A stretch of 41,611 nucleotides of DNA from positions 1 through 41,611 of the IMG/VR virus record IMGVR_UViG_2541047801_000004; one strand, written 5' to 3'. Shown here in pieces: positions 8,651-18,747 of the stretch. Source of the stretch: a virus (Duplodnaviria; Heunggongvirae; Uroviricota; Caudoviricetes). Below the pieces are notes generated by a model. That model ran no database searches. It was not told the origin of the DNA and was given only the letters and a program-made list of their open reading frames with translations. A program made the translations under genes and the position numbers. Every line of letters begins with the position of its first letter. The stretch's first letter is position 1.

Positions 8651-9377
8651 ATCGTTTCGCTTTGTGCTCATCCCAGCACGTTTTGCACCATGCCATTAAG
8701 CCGTCCGCATTTTGATTATTAGGGTAAAAGCTGGTTCGTTTTCTGCGGACATTACAAATTGGGCACCACTTCATATGGCGTGTATTCTTTGGGCCATCGA
8801 GACACCTTGCACACCATTTAGTCAATCCATCTGGATTTTTTGACGATTTCCTGAATTTTTCATATGGAAGGTTTATTCTGCATCGCAAGCACTGCTTGCT
8901 ACCACTTGAAACTCTGTTAGCTGATTCTTCTTTTGGCGGCGATACAGAAGGTATTCTTGCTGGCTCTGATATTGCCTGAGGTGCTTTTTTAGATGACTGA
9001 GACGATATGTCATCACCAGGGAATCTTCCATGATATGCCGGACGCGTTGACACTCCAGGTGGAATCTCAGCTGTAAACGGCTTTGGCTGAATCAGTTGCC
9101 TCTCTTTTGCTAACTCCTGCTGTTTATAATATGTCTGGATTACCGCACTATCATAAGCAGGAGGTGCGGAAATATTAGGCGCATTACCTCCAGTTTTTTG
9201 AAACTGAGTAGAGGTGTGTTCTATCACCTGTGTACGATTAATCGTTATCTCCCCATCTTCGGTCTTTATCGTTTTGTTATGATTAACGACCGTACGATCA
9301 GAGATCTTAGTCTTGTTCTGGTTGATAACGTAAATAATCACCGCAACCACACCAACAACTATCCAGAAAACTTCCAT
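8649..9377 (-). CDS. membrane-anchored Cys-rich (zinc-ribbon-like) protein, possible lysogenic-conversion or exclusion function
   Basis: N-terminal TM helix; C-terminal repeated CxxC motifs (CLRC...NPDGLTKWCARC...KWCPIC...NADGLMAWCKTC); GAGGAAAA RBS; operator-like dyad directly upstream. Confidence 0.55.
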   Translation of the reverse strand: MEVFWIVVGVVAVIIYVINQNKTKISDRTVVNHNKTIKTEDGEITINRTQVIEHTSTQFQKTGGNAPNISAPPAYDSAVIQTYYKQQELAKERQLIQPKPFTAEIPPGVSTRPAYHGRFPGDDISSQSSKKAPQAISEPARIPSVSPPKEESANRVSSGSKQCLRCRINLPYEKFRKSSKNPDGLTKWCARCLDGPKNTRHMKWCPICNVRRKRTSFYPNNQNADGLMAWCKTCWDEHKAKR

Positions 9378-9396
9378 TGCTTTTCCTCACAATAAC

Positions 9397-9413
9397 ATTA
9401 CCTTAAAGGTAAT
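9397..9413. promoter_or_regulatory. operator-like 17-bp dyad (ATTACC TTAAA GGTAAT, perfect half-sites)
   Basis: Best copy of the family; lies between the divergent 9377 gene and the ant leader. Confidence 0.5.
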
Positions 9414-9489
9414 ATCTTGCTTTCAGGTGATCAAGCGTTAAACGCAATCAACCAAATACGGTTGATTTCAATGTTTCTTCGCGCTTATC

Positions 9490-9506
9490 ATTACCTTTAC
9501 GGTAAA
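9490..9506. promoter_or_regulatory. operator-like 17-bp dyad (ATTACC TTTAC GGTAAA) in the ant leader
   Basis: Family member about 90 bp downstream of the 9397 site. Confidence 0.4.
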
Positions 9507-9771
9507 TTTACATCGCACTCCTCTTGTGCCATAGTAATCGGGCACTGGCAAAATCCAGTGCCGGGATTGGCGTCCCGGATTACTACAGAGGCACATATGC
9601 CGCATAAGCGGTTTTTTTATGTGTAAAGCGCACCTATTCTATGGTGGGCTGTGTGGGGGCACCGAAAGGTGCGCCGGGTCCTTTGTAGCCGGTTACGCCA
9701 ACCCTGCACAGTTCACCACCAACCGATTGGCGTCGGTAGTGGTGATTAACCTAACTACAAAGGTGATCACT

Positions 9772-10458
9772 ATGACTGCTAACGTAACCCCATCTGTTTT
9801 TCATTTTGAATCAGAAGCAACCATTCGAGCCATTGTTATTGATGGAAATCCTTGGTTTGTTGCCAAAGACGTTATTAAAGCTCTTCAACTGACAAACCCC
9901 ACTATGTCAATAAAATCTCTTGATGATGATGAAAGGGCTAAATTTAACTTAGGCCGTCAAGGCGAAACCAATATTATCAACGAGTCAGGCCTCTACACAC
10001 TGATCCTCCGCTGCCGCGATGCGGTGACACCAGGCACTATCCCATACCGCTTTCGTAAATGGGTTACAGGTGAGGTTCTTCCTCAGATCCGCCGCACCGG
10101 AAGTTACATTAAAAACTCGCTCCCGCAAGAAGAACGCATAAAGATGGTTGCCGACCAGGTAGCCAACGCCACAGCATCAGCAGTGATGCAGGCAATGAAG
10201 ATAGAGAACAAAACCTACAGCGCCCCACTAAAGCCCGGCTACCGCAGTCTGATTCACTCGCCGTCTGGTGTTCTCGGCCTGACGGAGAACTCACTGCTGA
10301 TGAATCTGCTGAACCAGTTACAGGAAGACGGGCACGACGTATCGGGCGCGGCGGCGGAGTTGACCACCATGTTCTGCTACATCGTCGGTGTGAACAAATG
10401 CCTGCGTGATATCCAGACGCACGCGGAGTACATCAACGACAAAGCAGGGTTCTTCTGA
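9772..10458 (+). CDS. ant: antirepressor (Bro-N domain, Ant-like)
   Basis: ATG 9772 with AAAGGTGA RBS; Bro-N-like N-terminal domain (IRAIVIDGNPWFVAKDV...INESGLYTLILRCR...FRKWVTGEVLPQIRRTGSY); long structured 5' leader. Confidence 0.75.
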   Translation: MTANVTPSVFHFESEATIRAIVIDGNPWFVAKDVIKALQLTNPTMSIKSLDDDERAKFNLGRQGETNIINESGLYTLILRCRDAVTPGTIPYRFRKWVTGEVLPQIRRTGSYIKNSLPQEERIKMVADQVANATASAVMQAMKIENKTYSAPLKPGYRSLIHSPSGVLGLTENSLLMNLLNQLQEDGHDVSGAAAELTTMFCYIVGVNKCLRDIQTHAEYINDKAGFF

Positions 10459-10475
10459 CGGGCGGTGGCATTCGT

Positions 10476-10500
10476 TAAAACAAGGCCGCTTTTGCGGCCT
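10476..10500 (-). terminator. rho-independent terminator after the lipoprotein gene (end of the upstream late transcript)
   Basis: Stem AGGCCGC/GCGGCCT with 4-nt loop, followed on the minus strand by TGTTTTAA. Confidence 0.5.
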
Positions 10501-10512
10501 GTGACATGTCAC
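10501..10512. repeat. 12-bp perfect palindrome GTGACATGTCAC (copy 1 of 3)
   Basis: Exact palindrome abutting the terminator hairpin between convergent ant and lipoprotein genes. Confidence 0.8.
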
Positions 10513-10515
10513 GAC

Positions 10516-10929
10516 TTATAAAGATGACTGATATTTTACAACTCTGTTCATGGCATCTTTTTTCACCGAGCTGATATCAGTTCTTATTTTGGCTTCGTCA
10601 TTACTGTTTATCATGCTATTAACTTTTTGCACTGACATGCCGTTTCTTTCAGCCATTGCACATACAGCAGCATCGTATGAAGAACTCGCTGCGATGGATA
10701 TCACCTTGTTACACTCAAACACAGCACCTTCAGCAATATCAGATGCCGATGATGCTGGCTTGGTATAAGTCTTGACGTAGTGATCAATACAACTATCCTT
10801 CGCCGTCTTGGCAAGAGAAAAATCCATTTTAACTTTGTCGCAATATGCCTTATCAACACCGTCATAAACATCATAGGATGTCGAGCAAGCGGATATCAAA
10901 AATACCGATAACAGCAATAATTCCTTCAT
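10516..10929 (-). CDS. prophage lipoprotein (possible exclusion/moron function)
   Basis: Signal peptide with lipobox LISAC; 137 aa; sits between ejection-protein genes and the ant module. Confidence 0.6.
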   Translation of the reverse strand: MKELLLLSVFLISACSTSYDVYDGVDKAYCDKVKMDFSLAKTAKDSCIDHYVKTYTKPASSASDIAEGAVFECNKVISIAASSSYDAAVCAMAERNGMSVQKVNSMINSNDEAKIRTDISSVKKDAMNRVVKYQSSL

Positions 10930-10938
10930 TGTTGTTCC

Positions 10939-13413
10939 TTATTGCGGAGTGACATCCTGAGGTCGCCACCAGTATGTCTGGTTAAACTCTTTCTTCGAAC
11001 GTTGCTCCATTTTACGCAAATAGCCTGGTGAAAAATACTCCTGCATCTGGTTAAAGATCATATGATCGAGAGCCGCCTTCAAGTACCAGAGATTCGCACC
11101 TGGCATCAGCCCCTTCCCCAGCTTAACCAGATCACCACCAGTCTGCTCACTCTTCCCTTCCACAGCATTTAGCGGTATGCCCTGAGCTATCTTCACTACG
11201 TCATCAACCAGACCAGCTACCGGGCCAAGCATCGACGCCAGCGCGCCGCTCCCGTACCTAGTGTGGTCAGAGAAAAGAAAATCACCGTACAACCCAGCCC
11301 CGCCACCTTTTAAAAATGCATTTATCCAGAATTTAACCATGTGGTCACCGGTCATTTCCTTTGGATTTCTCCCATTAATAAGATCAGTAATCTGCATGGA
11401 AAGAGCACCAAGCATGGTTGTGCTTGCTAAAAACGTTGCTATATATGCTGCACGCCCACCAGCAGACGGCATACCCATAGCGCGTGACCAGTGACGCATA
11501 ACAACCGAGATAGGGAACGATTTAAACAGGAAAACACTTCTCGTTAATTCACCTTTCCATGTTCCACGCTGAAGACCAGACCCTACGAACATCTGCTCAC
11601 GTGCGCCCGGTGTAATAACAGCCATATCAACTTCTTCAGTTACGGCACCGAGCAGTTTACGCATTGCCTCAAATTTCACGCGTTCAGGCTCACCAAGATG
11701 TTTAACTGCTGAATCAGGGATACGCATAATGCTTTCCGGTGTCAGCATCGTATTATTACCGTTCCCCCAGTCCTCCTGTTGCGCCAGCTTCCATACGCTC
11801 CAGTCTGTGTCAGTAATCCCTTTACTTTTCAGGATACGAAAATCAGAGTCATCGAGGCTACGAAGGTCTGGTGTCCGTGACACTACTTCTCCCAGGCTTC
11901 CCATCATGGTTACGCCATAGGCGCGCTTGTGCGCATCTGACCATGCTGTAAGCCCACTGGCACGCATTACCGCCGTTGCCGCCCAACGAGACACTGACGG
12001 CCCCATATTATCCATCGCCCAGCGGTTAACGCTGCCAAGTAGAGATTCCATCGCCAGACCAGCGCGGCGCGCCCGCGCAAGTTCTGTACGGTTCGTTGGG
12101 TCCATAGCTTCAAGCTGGTTGCGGAATAACTGGTTCATTGGAAGGTTGGTAACCTTCGCAGACAGATACATGGTTCCAAGATCAGAGAACGATGACAGCA
12201 ACGCGGATCCGAGTCTGCTGGCAACCAGCCAGTTGCGGATATTGTCAGACCATCGCGCGATGTGCGGATTCGCTACAGGCTGTGTCTTTCCGGAAATAAA
12301 GTTGTACAGATTCTCTGTGTTGTTCGCCAGCCGCTCGACTTTACCGGTTTTACTCGGGTTAGCTGTTGCCGTTTCTGCCTTCACCTGATCAAGAAGAGAG
12401 CGGAAAACATGATCGGGGTTTGGGCCATATGTTTCCACCAGTGCAATATCTTTACTGATACCTTCCAGGTGACCGACCATGATTTCCCATAGAGAGCGAT
12501 CGCCATAAAGTTGCTGATATTGCAGATAGGAATCTGCATCTTTGAAATGTATCTGTCGTGATGCATTACCACGGTTAGCACGTGCGCCGGAAATTCGCAT
12601 TCCGGTATCAGTAAGCTTATTCAGCCCACCAGTAGCGATCGTGTTATAAGCCTCTCCAAGAAATGCAGACAACTCGGCATCGTTCATCAGTTGTCCATCG
12701 GCTCGGATATAATATTTGCGATCCAGCTTACCTATAACATCGCTAACCCACTTATCCTTTGATACCGCCCCAACCTTTTCCATAGAATGATGTTGAGGGA
12801 TCCCCCAGTTTTCGAGATAGCCAATGTCCCCACCAGCATCATTAAACCGGCGGCGCAGTAGATCTGTCACTTCTCTCCACGCCTTAGCACCTTTTCTTGC
12901 TTTAGCATTGCCAGTATTTTGCCCTCGCATTTCATATACCAGGTCACGCACGCCAGCTTCATCTTCAAACAGGCCAAAAAAGCGAGGATCAACTGCTTCA
13001 AATGCCTCTTGCAATTGACTCAATGCATAATCACGAGTGGCTTTTGTTCTGGACTCAACAGAGAGGAAATTCGATTTACCGTCTGCATTAAAAGCAATAG
13101 TACGGTTAAGAGCGCCAAGTTTCCCATCAGCCCCTTGATAGCTATTGATAAATTTATCCAATCTCTGACGTGCGGCTATAGTGAGGGCCACACGACGTTT
13201 CTTTAATGCCGCTTCTCGCTGTAATTCTTCAGATGCCAATTGTGCTGCACGATATAGCCGCTCTGATTCGGAAAGTTGTCTCCACGACATCGGGTCATCA
13301 CGAGCAATGGAGCGCATATTTCGATAAATGCGGTCTTCAATGTTCTGTATTTCTCGCGCCGTTAACGTGCGCTGCGCCGCCTGCTGGACCGCTTGTATAC
13401 ATTCCTGTCTCAT
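10939..13413 (-). CDS. internal virion/ejection protein (large)
   Basis: 824-aa ORF within a run of large structural ORFs following tail tubular genes; no catalytic motif recognised. Confidence 0.55.
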   Translation of the reverse strand: MRQECIQAVQQAAQRTLTAREIQNIEDRIYRNMRSIARDDPMSWRQLSESERLYRAAQLASEELQREAALKKRRVALTIAARQRLDKFINSYQGADGKLGALNRTIAFNADGKSNFLSVESRTKATRDYALSQLQEAFEAVDPRFFGLFEDEAGVRDLVYEMRGQNTGNAKARKGAKAWREVTDLLRRRFNDAGGDIGYLENWGIPQHHSMEKVGAVSKDKWVSDVIGKLDRKYYIRADGQLMNDAELSAFLGEAYNTIATGGLNKLTDTGMRISGARANRGNASRQIHFKDADSYLQYQQLYGDRSLWEIMVGHLEGISKDIALVETYGPNPDHVFRSLLDQVKAETATANPSKTGKVERLANNTENLYNFISGKTQPVANPHIARWSDNIRNWLVASRLGSALLSSFSDLGTMYLSAKVTNLPMNQLFRNQLEAMDPTNRTELARARRAGLAMESLLGSVNRWAMDNMGPSVSRWAATAVMRASGLTAWSDAHKRAYGVTMMGSLGEVVSRTPDLRSLDDSDFRILKSKGITDTDWSVWKLAQQEDWGNGNNTMLTPESIMRIPDSAVKHLGEPERVKFEAMRKLLGAVTEEVDMAVITPGAREQMFVGSGLQRGTWKGELTRSVFLFKSFPISVVMRHWSRAMGMPSAGGRAAYIATFLASTTMLGALSMQITDLINGRNPKEMTGDHMVKFWINAFLKGGGAGLYGDFLFSDHTRYGSGALASMLGPVAGLVDDVVKIAQGIPLNAVEGKSEQTGGDLVKLGKGLMPGANLWYLKAALDHMIFNQMQEYFSPGYLRKMEQRSKKEFNQTYWWRPQDVTPQ

Positions 13414-13418
13414 TTAAT

Positions 13419-15221
13419 TTAACCTCTCAAGAAACACGCCACAGCGACATCAAACAGGCTGGAATCCTGTATTGCCTGCTCACTTTCCCTGTTCGCTTCA
13501 TCCAGTACTTCACGCGCTCTGCGCGATTGTGGATTACCATCATCATCCAGCACGGTGATTATCATGTCAGGTGATTCAAGCAGCGAGTCTTCAGCTATAC
13601 GCAGATCAATATCTCCTGCCGGATCTGCCATCATTTTTTGTTCTGCCTGTTGCAATATATTACCGGGCTCAAAAGGAGCTACTTCGTCTGGCGTCCTGAC
13701 CTCTGCTGTTTTATAGAATGAAACAGCCTGAGCATTAAGTTCACTTTCTGCCTGCTTTCTCCGAGCCAGTTCTGCTCGAGCTTCAAAAAACTGACCGCCA
13801 GGCTCGTGCGGTGCCAACGCGTTACGGGAAAATTCCAGGCGTTCTTGTGCCTGCCGGATTCGTTGATCAATATCGCGAAGTCTGGCCTGTTTATCTGATC
13901 GAGCACGAGACAAAGCTTTACCGCTACCGGTTGGCTCTTCTGCAAGAATTTGTGCACGCTGTTCAGTGAGATTTTCAATAATTCGTTGGCTATTAGCGAT
14001 TTCAGACTGGTAAACCTGTCTATCTCCACGCGGCAAAAGCTGCGCGGCCTGTTCTTCAAGCAACCGATTTTCTATAGCGCGCGCCGTTACTCCATCATCT
14101 ACAGATGACAGAGCCTCATTAACTGCCTGAGACAGCAGACTCTTGCGCCCAGGAATTTCACTGAAAGATGCAGACTCAACAATGCTGGCAACGTCTACAG
14201 GTCTCCCCTGGCTAACATCAGACATAGCTTTTCTCAGAGCCTGAATGTGAGAATTGCGCGAAAGCACGTTGATCGGCACGCCGGGCGCAATATCAATTTC
14301 AGCATGATGAGCGGCATTCGCCGCCAGTGCAGCATCGATATCAACTGGTGAAAAATTTGGTGCGCTTGTAGACTCGCCGCGAGAGTTAATAAATCTGCCG
14401 ACACCACCAAACGCCACCCCAAGAACAGCATCAATAGCAATTGCCTGTCGATCCAACACATCATACTGGTTAGCCATTTCGCTATAGCCACCATCACGAA
14501 GCGTTTTTGCAGTAAGCCCACGCTGTGCCATACCGAACGCAATATTTGTACCTGCGGCATAGGCAATATCTGGCGTTGCACGTACTGCTGTTGCTGCTGC
14601 GCGTCGCACTGAACTTTCACCCGTCCGCGCAAGCTGAGCCGCCACACCTTCCGCCAGCGCACCACCAGCACGTAACCCGAGGCTCATAGGGATCAGTGTT
14701 CCGGCACCAGCAGTAATACCCTGCACTAATCCCGCTTCCTGCGCTGCCCTGAAATCAACCCCCTGTGCTGTCAGCCGTTCAAACTCAGAAAAACCCTGTA
14801 GCGAAGTTACCGCCGCTGCACCTCCGACCGGACCACCGAGCGTTGTACCGACAACAGCCTGCCCGCCCATATCGAACAACCCATAAAGAACCTGCCCGGC
14901 GGTTCCGGTTGTCGCCGCATCAGGCGTCAGCCGCTTAACCTGCTGCTCTGCTAGTTTTCTCTGCTCGGCAATGTATGAAACTGAAGTGTCATTGAGCGAG
15001 GTGTTTTCGTTAACAAACTGAGCAATCGGGGATACGATTTTATCCATCCCTGCCCATAGCAACTGATCTGGCTTTGCCACCAGCCCGGAGTACAAACCAG
15101 ACAATGCCGCTCCTACAGCATTGTCGAAAAAACCAACATCACTGTTAAAGCCCGCTGGATTTGATGCTGCTTCGTCAAGTTGCTGATTCTGGTTTACTGG
15201 ATTAAGGCCAAAGTAACTCAT
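13419..15221 (-). CDS. internal virion/ejection protein
   Basis: 600-aa ORF, Ala/Gly-rich, in the structural operon. Confidence 0.55.
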   Translation of the reverse strand: MSYFGLNPVNQNQQLDEAASNPAGFNSDVGFFDNAVGAALSGLYSGLVAKPDQLLWAGMDKIVSPIAQFVNENTSLNDTSVSYIAEQRKLAEQQVKRLTPDAATTGTAGQVLYGLFDMGGQAVVGTTLGGPVGGAAAVTSLQGFSEFERLTAQGVDFRAAQEAGLVQGITAGAGTLIPMSLGLRAGGALAEGVAAQLARTGESSVRRAAATAVRATPDIAYAAGTNIAFGMAQRGLTAKTLRDGGYSEMANQYDVLDRQAIAIDAVLGVAFGGVGRFINSRGESTSAPNFSPVDIDAALAANAAHHAEIDIAPGVPINVLSRNSHIQALRKAMSDVSQGRPVDVASIVESASFSEIPGRKSLLSQAVNEALSSVDDGVTARAIENRLLEEQAAQLLPRGDRQVYQSEIANSQRIIENLTEQRAQILAEEPTGSGKALSRARSDKQARLRDIDQRIRQAQERLEFSRNALAPHEPGGQFFEARAELARRKQAESELNAQAVSFYKTAEVRTPDEVAPFEPGNILQQAEQKMMADPAGDIDLRIAEDSLLESPDMIITVLDDDGNPQSRRAREVLDEANRESEQAIQDSSLFDVAVACFLRG

Positions 15222-17731
15222 TGCGGAATATCTCCGGAGAATCTCTGACGCTTCTGTGTCAGATCAAGAACAACAGGAGAACCATCATCCTTCAGCAGAT
15301 ATCCAGTCCCAAGTTTTACCAAGTACTGACTATCGCCGTAACTTTGCAAACCATACTGACCAAGCGGTGTTTTTATCCCTGTGCCGACAACTTGTTCATT
15401 CCAAGCCTGATTAACCTGCTTATCGAATTGCTCTGCAGACATTCCCCACGGCAAAAGAACATTCCCCATTCCGTTATAGTCATGCACGCCACCTGTAGCT
15501 ACGTTAACAGCCTGTTTCCAGATATCATTGTCAATTTCGCCTGATACCACGCCTTTTTTCGCCATCACACCAGCGTAATAGTCCTTTGCGATCTCGTATG
15601 CCATTGATGCCCCCTGAGCATCACCAGCAAATGCATCCTTCACCATGTCAGAAAACTCAAGGCGAAGATCAGCATCTTTAGGCATCGGAATACCTTTCGC
15701 ATCATCAGTACCTTTACGAGCCGCCGCGCCAGCAAGAATTGTCTGCGCAGCGGTTTCAGGAGACACGGAAACATCCGGATTAAACCAGTTTTTTTCTGCC
15801 AAAATACCACCTGGCTTATCCATCAGTATCCCGGCAACGGCAGCAGATGGAGCGTTGGCACTGATCTGCTGTAGTGCTGACATATACACCTGCCCACCAC
15901 CAGTGCTTTGCCTGATGGTATCGAGATATGCTGCCTGTTGGGAAACGGGCGCATCACGAAAGAAAACACCGATCTGATTGGCCTCGTCTTTGGAAAAGAA
16001 CGTCAGTGGAGTGCCATATGACTTGGCAAGATCACTAACCTGAGCGGCACGCAAGGCAACGCTCTGTCCAAAGTTATCCTTATTGCTCATGTCGATAGGC
16101 TTTGCCTGTCCGGCGGCAAGAGAGAACTGCACAGGATCCGATTGCCGCTGCTTTATCACCTGATTTGCAGCCGAAACAACGTTGTCATAAAGAGCTGCGC
16201 GTGCCGCATACCCCTCCCCTGTCTCACCAGTATCCTGGCGTAATTGCTCAACATATGCTGTAATGCTGCTTGTCGGCATGTTGCGGAAAGAGCCTATATA
16301 CTGTCCGGCGATCTGCGTATTCTTAAACTCGGTATATCGCAGGTTTCCTTCTCTGACTCCATAAGCTGCAATAAAATCAGCCTCACCAGGTGGGTTAGGA
16401 AATTCAACTCCACGCATATACGCAGCTGTCGCATCTCGAACCCGGCTGTCAATCATCGTTTTATATTCAGCCTGCTGCTGCCGACGCAGTTGATCCGCCT
16501 GTCGCATAAAACTTGCCTGCGCCTCAGAAGATGCCGCATCGAATGCTGCATTACCGGTATAGCGTTTGGTGTTGGTTGGAATTGTTGATAAACCAAGTGC
16601 TGCACTGACACCAGCAGTTAACTGCTGATCACTGTATGGCTGGCTACCGTTCTCATGATGAATAATGGCTGCACAAAGCGCCTTCAGGGTATCAGGATTT
16701 GATGCATCGAGAGGCTCATCAGCAGAAACGCCAAGTTGTTCGCACACTGCTTTGATATACGACATAGTGTCATTTTTATCAGTGGGCGGTGCCCAACGAT
16801 TAATTATCTCGCTGACGGTATCGATACCCTGCCGCTGATACGACATCAGGTTCCGCCCTAATGCACGAATCCCGTGTTCAGGTGTTTCGAATTTAGCAAA
16901 TCGACCATCATCACCGGTCTGGCCTACCCACGGATTAGTTTTGCTGTATTCGAGATTTCCTGGGTTATTGTTGCGTATGCCACGGGCACGATCGGAATAG
17001 CTACTATCTGCTACAGCACGGCGAGCTCCAGCAGCAGTATCACTTAACTCGCCATTACTTTGGATGAATGCGGTCGCATTGTTTGCCGACCACTGGGACA
17101 ATGCGGCATCAGCAACCTTCTCTTTAAACTCGATTTTCTTGGCCTGTATTTGCTCGTCGCTCCAGCCATGCGCAATGCCGTAATCCTCAATTTGCTGGAA
17201 AGTTTGCTTATTAGCCAATACGTATGCGGCGTTGTCGCCATACAATGCTGCGGCATTTTTACCATTGTTCAGCAGCGTCGCCTGAAACTGGCCTTCTTCG
17301 TAGGCATTTATTTGCCCTATCTCGTGCCGCCCGGCCTGCGTAGTGAACTGAATACGCTGCTGCTGCGCCTGCTGCATGAAAGCATTACGAGCCTGTTCAT
17401 CCGGCAGCGACATAGCCAGTTGTTCGATCTGAGCATCAAACTGCTGCGTATACTCCTGACCTTTTCCAATAGCATTTTTCCCTTTCAGGTTAAGCAAACC
17501 TGTTTCAGGGTTATTCAGCAGATCGCTGCTTATCTGGCTTAAGCTAAGAGAATCATCCTGAGCCATAGCAACATTCGCACGCTGTTTTGCCTGCGCAATA
17601 ATACCTGCATATTGCTCTGCAACATCGCCAAGTACATCACCGACATTTGGTGTCTGAAACGATGAGAATCCCTGCGTCGAAATCCCTCTGCTCTGAACCT
17701 GACGGCCCGATGTTGTTGGTACAACTGGCAT
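15218..17731 (-). CDS. internal virion core protein (T7 gp15/16-like position)
   Basis: 837-aa ORF; position after gp13/14-like small proteins. Confidence 0.55.
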   Translation of the reverse strand: MPVVPTTSGRQVQSRGISTQGFSSFQTPNVGDVLGDVAEQYAGIIAQAKQRANVAMAQDDSLSLSQISSDLLNNPETGLLNLKGKNAIGKGQEYTQQFDAQIEQLAMSLPDEQARNAFMQQAQQQRIQFTTQAGRHEIGQINAYEEGQFQATLLNNGKNAAALYGDNAAYVLANKQTFQQIEDYGIAHGWSDEQIQAKKIEFKEKVADAALSQWSANNATAFIQSNGELSDTAAGARRAVADSSYSDRARGIRNNNPGNLEYSKTNPWVGQTGDDGRFAKFETPEHGIRALGRNLMSYQRQGIDTVSEIINRWAPPTDKNDTMSYIKAVCEQLGVSADEPLDASNPDTLKALCAAIIHHENGSQPYSDQQLTAGVSAALGLSTIPTNTKRYTGNAAFDAASSEAQASFMRQADQLRRQQQAEYKTMIDSRVRDATAAYMRGVEFPNPPGEADFIAAYGVREGNLRYTEFKNTQIAGQYIGSFRNMPTSSITAYVEQLRQDTGETGEGYAARAALYDNVVSAANQVIKQRQSDPVQFSLAAGQAKPIDMSNKDNFGQSVALRAAQVSDLAKSYGTPLTFFSKDEANQIGVFFRDAPVSQQAAYLDTIRQSTGGGQVYMSALQQISANAPSAAVAGILMDKPGGILAEKNWFNPDVSVSPETAAQTILAGAAARKGTDDAKGIPMPKDADLRLEFSDMVKDAFAGDAQGASMAYEIAKDYYAGVMAKKGVVSGEIDNDIWKQAVNVATGGVHDYNGMGNVLLPWGMSAEQFDKQVNQAWNEQVVGTGIKTPLGQYGLQSYGDSQYLVKLGTGYLLKDDGSPVVLDLTQKRQRFSGDIPQ

Positions 17732-17743
17732 CTTATTATCCCC

Positions 17744-18283
17744 TTATCGACCGGTTGGAGTGCCAACAGCAGCAGAAATCGGCGCAGCCTTCTGAGAGAA
17801 CGGGCTCCACGTTCCGCCGCCCATCTGGTATGCACCGTATGCTTTTAGTGGTGCCGTTAATAAAGTGCTGGTCATCGATGATTTAGCAGCCGACTGAGCA
17901 GCAGCCCCCTGTGCCTGAGCATTCATTCCCTGAACCTGATACCCATATGCCTCACGCTGAGCATTATTCACTGTCGTTAACGCATCAAGAGTGCCGAACT
18001 GAGCATTATCCGCAAAAACGTCAAGAGCTGTTCCGCTACTTAATTCCGCACCGGTAGCCCCCATAGTAGCCGCCGCAGTGCCTGAGCGTTGACGCATTTC
18101 ACGACGACGCTGATCCGCTTCAATATTCCCACGATTGATTGAATCCTGTGCCTGAGCTTCAGCAATTTCAGTATTCCGATCTGCTATGGCTGACTGGTAT
18201 TTTGCCTGCTTGCTCTGGCTGTACATTGACGCTGCTGTGGATGCCACTGTGACGGCAACCAAAGCGATGGCTGGGTTACACAT
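17744..18283 (-). CDS. internal virion protein (T7 gp14-like position)
   Basis: 179 aa, Ala/Gln-rich; position in the structural module. Confidence 0.5.
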   Translation of the reverse strand: MCNPAIALVAVTVASTAASMYSQSKQAKYQSAIADRNTEIAEAQAQDSINRGNIEADQRRREMRQRSGTAAATMGATGAELSSGTALDVFADNAQFGTLDALTTVNNAQREAYGYQVQGMNAQAQGAAAQSAAKSSMTSTLLTAPLKAYGAYQMGGGTWSPFSQKAAPISAAVGTPTGR

Positions 18284-18747
18284 TATTTTCTCTCCATGTG
18301 AAATCTGTGGAAATTAAGACCAAGAGCACCATAAGGCGCGGCTTCTTCAAGCCTGAATCCAAGCCAGTGCAGCCATGCTTTGGCAACATGGTTTCGCTCG
18401 TCGACGTAGTTTTCCAGGCGCGGATAAACTGCCAGCATCTGCTGCAATACAGGGCGGCAGTGGCGAAGAAATGTCTTCTGATATTTTTCAATACGGCTGG
18501 TTCCTACCAGCCAGGGCGTACCATTGCCACCGATCATTGACGCCGGAGATACGCCAAACATGGTTACCAGTTCTCCGTTCGCAAATCCTGACCAGGCCAT
18601 AGTCGCAGTGCGAAGACCAACACGCAGCGCATCTTCGGTAGTCATCAGCGATACCGCATACAGTTCGTCAATATCAGCCTGACGAACATCCGGCAAAATC
18701 ATCTGAAGATGCTCTTCGGTAGCGGGAACAATTCGAATATCGATCAT
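18283..18747 (-). CDS. hypothetical virion-associated protein
   Basis: 154-aa ORF, start overlapping the stop of the tubular B-like gene. Confidence 0.45.
   Translation of the reverse strand: MIDIRIVPATEEHLQMILPDVRQADIDELYAVSLMTTEDALRVGLRTATMAWSGFANGELVTMFGVSPASMIGGNGTPWLVGTSRIEKYQKTFLRHCRPVLQQMLAVYPRLENYVDERNHVAKAWLHWLGFRLEEAAPYGALGLNFHRFHMERK

Noticed and set aside
9619-9771. N-terminal extension of the ant ORF (279-aa track entry)
   Set aside because: The extension is Cys/Gly-rich and lacks an RBS; ATG 9772 has a good RBS and starts the Bro-N domain; the upstream part is leader RNA
10501-10512. GTGACATGTCAC as a CRP site
   Set aside because: The TGTGA/TCACA-like half-sites are separated by 4 bp rather than the 6 bp of the CRP consensus
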